From positions 11,564,741 through 11,628,740 of the forward strand of contig OZ037768.1 in the NCBI GenBank assembly GCA_964035545.1: 64,000 nt of DNA, read 5' to 3'. The notes under the pieces were generated by a model. The model saw only the letters and a program-made list of their open reading frames with translations. It searched no databases and had not been told where the DNA came from. The position numbers and the translations under genes were made by a program. This document shows, in pieces, positions 1 through 11,533 of this stretch; position 1 is the first letter of the stretch, and each line of letters starts with the position of its first letter. This DNA is from Bugula neritina (taxonomy: Eukaryota > Animalia > Bryozoa).

Positions 1-3000
1 TGTGCTGTTTCTTGGCAAAGTGCTGGTTATGGCTACCAATGTCATCATTGCCTTCTTCATGTTTGATGTTTGTATTCTGTCTTACTCACTTCCTATTCCT
101 CTCTAGTTTTTGTTTTTGGCGTAAGACATCTAATCAAGCATCAGTATAAGATGCTTTAATTCAGCTGTCAAAGTTATAGTGAAGATAAAAATTTAACTGA
201 AATGACCAATATTTGTTATTTTAAATTGAGAGTATGAGCTGGTTTAATCTTAGATGTTACTTTATTACAGTTATCAATTAGGGTTTTACCAAACTGGTCA
301 CTGTTGTATTTCCCTTTTAATTTTAAGTACATGTGTTGTTTTCATAAGTTACCTTTTTTCATAATAGTCATTAGTTTTTTTTGTAATTTTTAGTGCATAT
401 TATTCTCAGCACTTAGTCTGTCCATATTAGGTGATTTCTGTAAAAATAAGCTGGTTATTTTTTAAAAAGTAGTGATGTGCTAAATGCAATAAGTTTTTCA
501 AATCCAAGAATTTATCGAATCAATGTATTCTGATTTGCTGGGCAGTTTGGGATAATTGTTATTTGTGAGAAACAAGCTAATTTTTTATAAGACTTGCTGC
601 AAACATAATGTAACAAGCATCGCCAAAAACATTTCTCTGTTTTTATTGGATATGCAAATTTTGGCTAGCACAAATTTTTTAGCATTAGCATTGAGATGTA
701 TTTTTCAGCACAATTTTATATTATGGTGGCCAATTTAAATAGTCGTCTTTTTGTAAGAAAGTACATTATGTGAAATGACGATCTGCTAAAAATGCTGGGA
801 ACAATTTTTTTTAAGTGTTTTAAATGGTTATTATTTTTGATAATTATGCTAAAATGCTGCTCACGTTTCATATAAAATATTCTGTATGATGTCTAGTGTG
901 GTTGTGTTTTCAGCGTCACAACGCCGGAGCATCGTATGGAAACAGGAATCTCTTCTTCCTTCCAATGCTTGGAATCGCTATCTTCTCCTATTTGATTGCT
1001 CACTGCTTCCTCAGCAGCTTTGAAGTAAGTAGATAACAGCTGTTACATGAAACTATCTCTTAATCAACATACTGACTACAGAATACATGTCCCAGTATGC
1101 ATTGCATTACTGGGTCTGAGAAATTATCTTTAGCGCATCAGGACTTGAACCCCAAGCTGCAACTTGATACATTATCCTAGTATACAGTCATAGTATACAG
1201 TCATAGTGTACAGCTAAAGTATGTGGTTGAAGTATGCCGCTATATTATACAGTTATAGTGTACAGTTATAGTAAACAGTCATAGTGTGCAACCATAGTAT
1301 GATGCAGTCATAGTGTGCAGCCATAGTATGATGCAGTCATAGACTCATAGTATACAGTCATAGTTGACATAACTGTAGTACATTGAATCAGATTATACTG
1401 ACTATTACTATATAAGTCATAATGCAGTCATAGTACAATGAGTCATAGTATAATGAGTCATAGTCATAATACAGTCATAGTCATAATACAGTCATAGTAC
1501 ACAGATAAGGGGCAGGCAGTAAAAGTTGCTCAACATTGTAGATGCTAGTGGATACTTTGCTTCTATGTTTCTGTGAAGATGTAAAACAGAATGATGGTAC
1601 AGAGGAAAAGCCCTACTACATGAGCAAACACCTTATGGTATGCGCATCTTATTTGCCAGTATTTTATATTAAATATTTTCTTCAAGTTTTTGTGATAGCA
1701 GAAGATATTGCCATGTTGTTGATATATGTTATATACATATAATATATATAACATATATATTGTTGATATGTGATTTTGGTTTAATATAGTCCATAGATCA
1801 TCTATCAGCTGGATTCGAGCTTTGAAGCTTAAATTGGAATTTTCTTTTCATTTTTTGTCAAAGGTGTCAAAAATAAATCTCTTGATCTTTTCGAGTAATG
1901 ACTAATGAAATGGAAAGCAAAAATTACTCAAATTTTCTGAAAATTGACGAATACAAATGCAATATCCGTGTAGCTTTTTTCTGATGATTGGGTGAAATCA
2001 GTAACGTATTGTTTCTGTAGTTTTTGGAACTTTTCTTTAAAATTGTGTAGGTAAAGGCATTTTTCAATTAAACTGGTTTACTGGGGTATTATGCCTTGCA
2101 CTGTAAGCTTGGTATGTTTCGAATAACTGAAGCACAATTTTTAGTAGTTCATAATTTTATAAGTTTAATCATCTGGGTGTGTGTTTGCAACTTTCAGAAA
2201 GCTTTCACATCTAAGGTAAGCTTTAGGAGAACTTCTACTCTTTTGTTTTTTGTTTTTTTATTTATAAAGGAATCACGATGCACATGCAAGTTTAGTATTG
2301 CTCAAAACTTATCACTTTACAATTTACTTATATTCAGTCAATAAAATAATTTATGAAAATCTGTTTTGGGAAACAGACAAGGTTTTGCTTTATGGAGCAA
2401 TATCTCTGTGTTTTTTTATAAAATTTCAATATCCACATAGAAATTTTTTAATACTGGAAGTGTATTTGCATCGATATTCCCGTCAAGTTGCTGTTATCAA
2501 ATTTTGACTGTTCCAACACTGCTCAGTTACAGTAAAGTGTTTGCTTTATTGAATAGATTATTTGAACTTTGGGTAGAGGCTAAAAGCTCAGCTTGCCCAT
2601 TCATCTATAGAGGCTTACACCACTAGGTAGAGACACTAGTCTAGCATAGCATGTGTTCTGGTAATATGGTGCTGTCCCTGGCATCACCAATAGCCCGGTT
2701 TGGGGACATGTTTACTTGCTCTTTTGATGCCATTTAGAAGTGGCCACGCCCTGTTGCCATCATTTGAAGCAAAGTCTATAGCCTACTTATAGGAACCTTT
2801 GACATCAGAGCTCTCATAAAGTTGTAACTGTAAACCAACGCCTGTTTTGATGACCTATATATGAAATTATCTTCTCGTGAAGTAGTAATATTGCTCCTTG
2901 TATACACTAACCATCACAATCCTATACACTGTGATGGTTAGTTGTAAGTATGTGTGTCTATACATAGTTGGCTGTAGGAATTTGGGCGCTTGTGGTTACC

Positions 3001-3559
3001 TGCATTAAACCATAGGGGTATAGAGTAATTGCATGAATTGAAATACAATATATACATTACATAATGGATTAAAATATTATGTTGTAGAAACTCAACATTT
3101 GCATTTGCTAATAAAAATATTGCTGATACATAATTCACATTTTGAAAATTACCAACAAAATCTACTACTGTGATAAAAATTTTCAATTGACTTCGTGTTC
3201 AAAATATAACTCTGATCAAACACAGCCTTTTTTAAAGTTAGAGTTCTTAATGTCCTAAGAGTAATGGTTAAATCTATTGCAGTATTCAAGTTTGTTTTCT
3301 ATGTATTAGATTATGCCAATAAATTTATTTTATATTTGTCGAAACTTTTCGTTTTTTCTTTGTGCCATTTTTAAATAGTATTTCATGTTTCTATTTGCAG
3401 AAGTTTGTTGCTAATAGCTCTACAGCTATCAATAAGCAGAAAAAAGTTAATGTTGATGAGGTTGATGGTGTGACTGAGAGCGAGAAGCAAGTTTTGTCAG
3501 CAGGGGACGACTCCAATGTAGCTCCTGAACACGTGCATTTAACAGAGAATAGAAGTTAG
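1..3559 (+). CDS. SLC44A1: Choline transporter-like protein, CTL1/SLC44A1-like, 3' part (5' end outside window)
   Basis: GT-AG exons <1-67 (VLFLGKVLVMATNVIIAFFMFD), 914-1024 (..IAIFSYLIAHCFLSSFE), 1542-1637 (MLVDTLLLCFCEDVKQNDGTEEKPYYMSKHLM), 3401-3559 (KFVANSS..NRS*). DTLLLCFCED..NDG..PYYM is the CTL family C-terminal signature; AHCFLS and LMKFVANS favour CTL1 over CTL2/4/5. Confidence 0.88.
1178..1503. repeat. Degenerate ~13-bp minisatellite (TATACAGTCATAG)n in SLC44A1 intron
   Basis: Many tandem variants of (ta)cagtcatag(t) visible directly. Confidence 0.9.
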
Positions 3560-4573
3560 CTTCATAAATATACAAATTAGTATATCTGTAGTCTATTTTG
3601 TAAGATTGCATTGTGCATACTATAGGTTTGACTGTTGTTACTGTTAATTACTTATTTTCCCTTTAGTGTATGTGTTTGGTTTAAACATTTACCATAGCTT
3701 TGCATTTTTATAATATTGTGTTGAGTATTAAATGCTTCTTTACCCACTTACCTATTTTCATATTTCAAAACAAATTAAGTCAAATACATCTTTCATAAGG
3801 TGTACTGATTAAATACATGTGTAAATGTTTATATTATAGTAATTTCTATTAATATTGTGATGTCAGAAACTCATCATTATTTGTATCATGTTTTTATATT
3901 ATTATGCTCAATGTTTATAATTAACTCACATTAATTTGTCTATTTACTTACTTTTTACTGATGAATAAGAGCTACATAGTCTAATATTAACTCACATTAT
4001 AATTATTGATTAAAAATATATGTATAATAAACAAAAATGGTACAACATATAATATCTTGTGATACAATAATCTTACAAGTTTTATTCCAGGAGCATGACA
4101 TACATTTATATTGATTATAATTTGGGTTCGTAAATATGTTGAGATGATATATCAATTTTTAGCATGAAGAAGGATAATAATTATTTTGAAGATAAATTTC
4201 ATAAAATGGGTTTGCAATAGTTATTGGGCATGTCTTCTTTTTCATAGACAAGAATAAAAGCGCAGCAAAAATAAAATCAAAATAATTAATTCATCAAAGT
4301 CATTAATATTGAACATGAATAATACAAGTTGAACACCTGTGCAGAGTCTTAGAAGGCATCAGCTACAATTGTCAAATAATTGCATGAATGTTCATACAAT
4401 GTTTTTCCACCAGTTATTTGTCATGTAACAGAACTGTAAGTCAAAAAATTCAAATTTTAGGATGTGTTTCATTGTATTGAAAATATCCCTTATTAACAGC
4501 TGCATACATGTACCATGTTCCAAAAATAATATTCCGGGCATTAGAGTAGTGAAGTTTTCTACTGTTAATTAAT

Positions 4574-5882
4574 CTACACTGACATTTGCATTTCTGTAAG
4601 GTTATTCAAGCAATCAATTTCTCTTGCGCCATCTTCTATAGAGTCACTAATGTGCAGCATTTCACGATAATCTGCCTTTTTTAGAATGTTTTGAATTGCT
4701 TCAACATCTTGTACAGAATACTCCAGCATTATAACTGGGCCAGCTGTTATCTGTAATAAAAAACAAGTGTGAGTGCAGTGTTCTAAAAAACATTGTCACA
4801 CTATGAGATAAAAGTTTAATTTACAAGTTAATAAATTACTGCAACTAACAAAATAATCAAGTATGATAAACTTGACAAAGCAACCTTTAAATTTTTGAAG
4901 TTGTCAAAGTTTAAAATTTATTTTCAGTATTTACATGGTTTTCAAGTTTTAGTTGAAGAATTTAGGTGTTTGACTAATGAGTATTTTATTTATAAGAAAC
5001 GTGAAGCAATGCAGCATAATGATTAAAACTTGCCTGAGGTAAGCAATCAGTCTTTTTAAAAACTCTTTTGGCTTGAGAATCATTCATGGTCATTTCTGCA
5101 GTTTGAACCAAGATGAACTCTTGAAGCATAGCCATAACATTAGTGGCGAGTTGCATCTGATGATTGAAATGGAAAATAGCAATCAAACAGCTATGACCAG
5201 CAGGGCGTTGCTTGCTACCAACTGTATAAGGTATTACACTATTTCTTGCTTCAACAGATACTTCGATAGTGTTGAGTGGCTCAACTGCTGGTAGAGGCAA
5301 GTAATCAGTCAACGAAACTTGCGGTTGGAGAAATGAGCAGTTGTTCTCACCGGGAACTGGTGTAAAATCGTGGATGTTGTTCCAATTATTGTTAAATCTA
5401 CTAATACCAGCTGCTTGGAGATGTTGTTCAAACTGGGGATAAAACATTTTAAGGCATCCAAATTTTACGGCAGTAGTAGACTCGATGATTGGTTGAGTCA
5501 CGCAACATAAAAAAGCAGTTAGCTTTTTACAATCTCTAGTTCTAAATTGCTGGCAAGAAGTGGCTACAACGCAATCAGTGCAATCTCTTACAAATATGCT
5601 GCTTTTTATCGCAGCTATAAATATTCTGCAGTTCACGCAGTCATCAACTGTGACTGTTGCGCAATGATCAAACACATAAATGTCGCAGTTCTCACAATTT
5701 TGTATAATAAACTGTTGTCCATTAATTGATCCTGGCAAGCGTCCAATTGTTTCTCCACTTAGTTTGTCAAGAACAAAGTTTTTTACATCCAACTGTTTTC
5801 TTTTGTCCCATGAAAATTCTTGAGGAGATTCATCTTCAGATAGTTTTGTATGATTAGCCGATTTGCTAAACAGACAACCCAT
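4574..5882 (-). CDS. RP2: Protein XRP2 (ARL3 GAP; TBCC-like domain plus NDK-like domain), 341 aa
   Basis: Exon 1 5882-5034 (MGCLFSK acylation motif, FSWDKR, GQQFIIQNCENC, CQQFRTRDC with the Arg finger, TQPIIES, FNNNWNNIHDFTP). Exon 2 4750-4574 (ITAGPVIMLEY..LTEMQMSV*) matches the RP2 C-terminus. The intron has a GC donor. Confidence 0.96.
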
Positions 5883-6247
5883 TCCAGTTCTATTATTTAT
5901 ACCAGTGTTACTATTATTATTTACTTTGAGTTATACTAGGTATAAATAACTATTAGTATTACTACAATTATAGGTATAACTATTACTATTACTATTAGTC
6001 TATTACCAAGTTCAATGATAATACTGAAATAGTAATAGTATTAGTATTACTACTTTTAAGTATTATTATTATTGAAATATTCAAAATCGGATATTTAAAA
6101 TCAAACGTTTTACTAACGTTTTTAAACACTTATTGCATATCTGTAATTTTAAAGCAATGAGTTAAATAACTCAGTAATTATTAAGTCCCGTAATAGTGAT
6201 GGTTAAAATTGAGTTTTTAGTACAATTTTGAGTAATCAATTATTTAT

Positions 6248-6261
6248 TTTGCCAAAGCAAC
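6248..6261. promoter_or_regulatory. X-box (RFX)-like motif upstream of RP2
   Basis: TTTGCCAAAGCAAC matches GTTGCCATGGCAAC at 11/14 positions, ~370 bp upstream of the RP2 ATG. An E-box/CLEAR-like ATCACGTGAC follows at ~6277-6286. Confidence 0.45.
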
Positions 6262-8179
6262 GCCTAAACAGAGTAAATCACGTGACGTAGATGCGCTCGT
6301 TTCATTAGCTTATACTTTAAACTTAAAGCTGGCAACAATTGACTAGTTGTTATAGCCTTAAACTCTAATAAAAAGCCATTTTAGATTAAATGATCTTTAG
6401 CAACTTCCACGTATAACTTTGAAGAATTTGAATCTTGCACCCGCAAGTTAAAAGTAAATGTACTTAGCTTCCTGGTTTTATGTCCCTTACAGTTTGTAAT
6501 AGTTCTATAAGCAACTCCAAGTTGGTAATGAATAAGTGCAATAGTTTGTTTTCTTGAGTTTAAAGTTGGGGGTTATTGAAAGTCCCAACTTTAAACTTAA
6601 GAACTGCAAACTATTGCACTCTTTCACCACCAAATTGGAGCTGCTTATAAAACCATTCACTTGTTTGAGTTTTCAACATTGGGAAAACGCATTCTTCCCG
6701 ACAACTTTAAGGTTAACTGTGATTACATTTATAATAATATAGTTTACGGTCGGTGTTCTTTACTATATTCATTTTTATTAGCATAAACAAACCTAAAATT
6801 AACGAAATAATATACTTTATTATTTATATGGACGGATAACTAGAAAAAGCAGCAATATTTTCAACACGGTTATTTATTTATTCCTGTCAACTTTAACTTT
6901 AAGTTTAAGTAATACTTTAAATTTAACTAAACCTAATATACAACTATTACTATTAGTATTACTATTAGTATTAGTACTATTATTACCATTAGACTTAACA
7001 TTACTATTAGTATTAGTTTTTTTTAGTACACTAGTGACTATAAGTATTAACTCTGTAAGTATTGCTTATTTGCTATTAATATTACTATTAGTATTAGTAT
7101 TATTAATAGTAATACACTTACACTGACACAACTGAGACAGCAACCAGTATTTTAGCTACAGTCACAGTGATGACATGTTGATATTGGTTTATCTTTACAG
7201 TCATCGTAGCTATAAGTATAACTATAAGTATGCGCTGCTCACATCAGCAGCAACTCATACTCATACTAGCACTAGCAGTGCCAGTAGCTTTCACTTTGCT
7301 AATTACTATTAGCTGTAGAGAATAGTTTATTGTATTCATACAATCAATCGAAACCAGTTCTACTTATACCTTTGAAGTAGAAAAAACTAGTATCAGTTAG
7401 TAACTGAGTTACTAGATATACTGTTTGTATTTGTTTCATAATACCATGATGTTTCAACTTAATTTTATTTTAATTCAGGCCTTCTTCATTTTAAGAAAGC
7501 ATCTATTACTGTTGTGCTATTATTATTGGCTACCACATTGACACTGCTAAAGGAAATTAGCCGTTTCACCATGTAGTGCGTGTAGAAGTTGTATAAATAC
7601 TTGTAACTATAACTATAAACTGTATAAAATTTGCATTTGTATTTTATGTCTCCTACATACAAAATTATAAAAAATTACTCGGTTTTTAATAACAGCAGCA
7701 ATATTATTGTAATATAAAAATAAAACTACCCCACAAATTTTATTATACAGGTTTGCTGGTTAGATCCTTATAATCATATAATCATAAAGCTTATCAAAAG
7801 CATAAAAGCTTTACTTCTTCCGCCTTAATCTAAAATGATAGGCATGACAACATTATTTTTCTTAAATGATTTTAAACCTCCTCCCTATCCGCCTATACAA
7901 ATAGACTTGCCCTGTGTGCTTTTAGTAAGATGATTCTTCAGATTTTTTTATTATCAGTATGACCTGTTATAAATAGAAAATTGTTTCATATTGGTCGAGA
8001 GTTAGTTTAGCAAAGATTTAAACTTCATTGAGAGCCATGTGGTAAAATACAAAAATATCTCGTTTGAAGCTAGTACTTATCATTAGCTACTCTCTGTTTT
8101 ACTTTTGCTATTTATTTTTTGTTGTACATTTACAGAGTGTTTATTGTAATCATTTTGAGACAAATGTAGATGGGTAAAT

Positions 8180-11100
8180 ATGACTTCTAATCAGAATGGC
8201 TCTACAAGCAGGTAAACTTATTTGAATTGTATGTATTTGTAGTGATTATTTATTATTTGATCAAATAAATGCCTTGCCAAACCAAATTTGTAAACAGATA
8301 AACTATCATTAATAATATGGTTTATATATTTTTACCTGTAACTTGGAGTATATGTTTTAGAGTGCCTATTGAGCATTCTATGGCAGAACTTGGACTTCAA
8401 GAGCCATTTAGTTTGCAAAAATATGTCTTAGGTCAAGCTGAAAAGCTGGAATATTACTGGCCTGATTTAACTGCTGATATGGTGAGTAATAACTTTTGTA
8501 TGGTATAAATTTTTATTTAGTTTATGTGGAGATTGAAGTAGTGTACAGTCAAAAATTAAATAAGAAATTCAAACTCTGCCATAAGTAACCAACTCAAAAC
8601 TGTTGGAATATCTATCCATCATATAGTGGCATGGAACCTAGACATTAACAAAAAAGCTAGTTATATCTCTAAAAAAATTTTGCTATGCTATGCCTTGCAA
8701 GACTTTAAGTTAGCTAATGACAGTATTACATAGCATGTTCATATTATTTAAACTTTAGCACATTGCAGCATGGTCATTGGTTGATTAGCTAGTAGCTGCA
8801 AGCATTTAGTTTGCAGTCCAATAGTGATATCAATGCAATAATCAATTCTAAATAAATTTTAGAAAAAAAATGGTTGTACTAATTGCTTGATGGTAAAAAA
8901 GTTTAGTGCAAAAAGCATTTTTGCTACTTCATTTATGGGTAGTATAGTTATTTATGTTTTAACGAAGACTGCACTCTGGGCTTAGAATCAATTTTTGCAG
9001 AAATATAAGTGACTGGTCTAATTATTAGACAGAGTGATTGAAATGCTTTTAGTACAAATCTTATAGCTTTTCAAGTGTAGATTGTGACTAGCATTGTGAC
9101 TAGCAGAAAGTGCAATATTGTAGACACAACATACACTACAAGGTGCTGATGTAAAAAATGGAACATATATACTTAGACCTTCTGGTGCTATGGATGAACA
9201 GAAAAGAAAATTTCTGACTTTGTCAGTCAAAATGAGTTTTCCAAATGAGTGAGTCTCTGGAATGTGTTTATGTACATCTAAAATGCAAAAAGCTAGTTTA
9301 TTTTTATCAATTTAATTAAAATTACAAATTAATCTTTTAAATAATATGTCCATAGTTGTCAGATTTGGCCTTTGTTTAGCATATTTTATGAGTTTTAGTT
9401 ATATTAGTTGTAAATAGCAATTTAATCTTTAGTTTAATTCAACCAGCTTTCGTCTGGTTAGCGTTTATACTAGATATTATGATGAATACAAACTCATGTT
9501 TATGTTTGTAGACTAGTTAGTGTGTGGCACTTTCCAGTGCTGGTGGATGTTGAGAAGAACGAGAAGGGCGAAACCACTCAGGTGTTTTTCTCTCTCACCC
9601 ACAATCACAGTAACATTACTTCTTTAGACAAACTACTCGGCTATTATAGTGGAAGGCCTTTGAGAGGTGAGTCAGTAGCTCATTTGTTTACATGGTGTTC
9701 TGGCAATAAAATATGTCAAGAATTTAGTTCTCAGCAACAGTGATGTACAGTGCTCCCACTTTAGCTCACGGATTCCTTTTCACAAAGTTCCATAGGTAGA
9801 GAGAAGGGCTTGGACCCTCTATTTTTGGCTTATTGTATGTGTGTATAGGAAACAAATGGCCGAATTTAATAGAGTTAAATCTGGTATGCTACCATGTCAC
9901 AAATTGAAGTTTCGGGACAGTAGCTTAGTGAGATACGGAGGGAGCACTGTAGTAGAATAGAATGTATTTTTATATTCTATGAAAATTATTAAACTTCAAA
10001 TATTTTGTCAATATAATAAGCAAAGTTCTAGATGGCAAAACACCTTCCACTGTTACAGCATTTTCATGGTGACGCTTATTGTTTAATAATTTACTTCGAC
10101 AACGATACGTTTCAGCAAACCAGAGTAAATATAAGCGTAGATTACGGTCTTCTTAGTTGTAGTAGTATATTAATATATTATTAAAATGCAACTAATGTCT
10201 CTCTAGTTGTGAAACAAGGTTTATTTGAAATTTGAATATGACAAGATGCATATTGTTGAAAAGTGTTAGAACAGTTTTCACAGTTCAGTTGCACTGTAGC
10301 TATACAGTTTAGGGCTTAGGCAGTGAATATTTTATTTATTTGAGATTTGTCTGCCAAAGTTTTGTGCTATTTTTTCTGTAATTTTGTCCTCTACATTGAA
10401 GAAAACTGAATATCGTGTGCTAAAACCTCACTCCACTCTACAAAAAGATGATTCAACACTGTCTGTACTTTTAGCTGCAGTTGCATTCCAAAAGAATAAC
10501 AGCTGAGCAAATTGGTGCTATTAAGTTTTAAACCACACTGGAGTGTTATTCATTTTATAAAGTATAGTTAAATAACAGAACTATCTTTAAAAATGAATAA
10601 TAATATGAATATATTTGGTTTTTAAATAGAAAAACTAAAATTTAAACTTTGTAGTATAATAATTGTTTGCCTGGTAAGCTACACCATAAACTCCACTACG
10701 AATTTCTTTCTGTTTAAAAGCTAGATGAATACATTTAGGTGCCTCATTGCCTGGAGTATGCTATATAAAAGAGGGTTTGCTGTACCAACAGGAAAAGAAA
10801 AGATCAGCTGTCCACAATGCTGGAACAAGTGTAAGTGTGTAAGGATGTTCTGGAAATGCATAATTTTTATTGTTGAGCGTGTCAATTGTTGATAAATTTG
10901 AAATTGAGTTTTGTCACCGTTTGATTTTTTTTAGGAAACTTACGAGTCTGCTGAATCAAATCATGTAACTACATTCTAACAAATAAAATATCTTTGGTAG
11001 TTGTAGCTTTATTACCTTTAAGCACTTTAGCATCTTTCAACTTTTTCAGTGCAATGCTCCAGTAACATGCAAGCAAGCTACCTTATGTGCCTTATTTTAC

Positions 11101-11485
11101 CAGTACAACTGTTTTCTATGTAAACACCACATTGTAAATGTTGTTAGTAAAAACTGGGGTAAAGTTACCTCAAAAAAATAGGTGAAACTGGTGCATAGAC
11201 TAGATGAATAAGCTTTACTCTTGTACTGGTGCTGCCTGCTCTCATTTCCTATTCATGTGTATTTACCAGCTTGGCTGTCGCCAGTTATTGCAAACCTGTG
11301 TCCCAGCATATCTCTGTTTACATAGTATTGTACTCATTGTTTTTCTTTTGATTATTGCATTTTGATTTTAGATATGGGTTTATAGCCCTCAGATGGTGGG
11401 TAAAAATTGCTAATATATATATAAGATATATAGATATGTATATAATATATATACATATATAATATAAAATATATATAATATAAAG

Positions 11486-11533
<48 letters not shown>

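Noticed and set aside
5073-5729. Plus-strand ORFs inside RP2, and other antisense or off-frame ORFs (18452, 30008, 32697, 42456, 46227, 48652)
   Set aside because: Shadows of real coding exons with no independent motifs.
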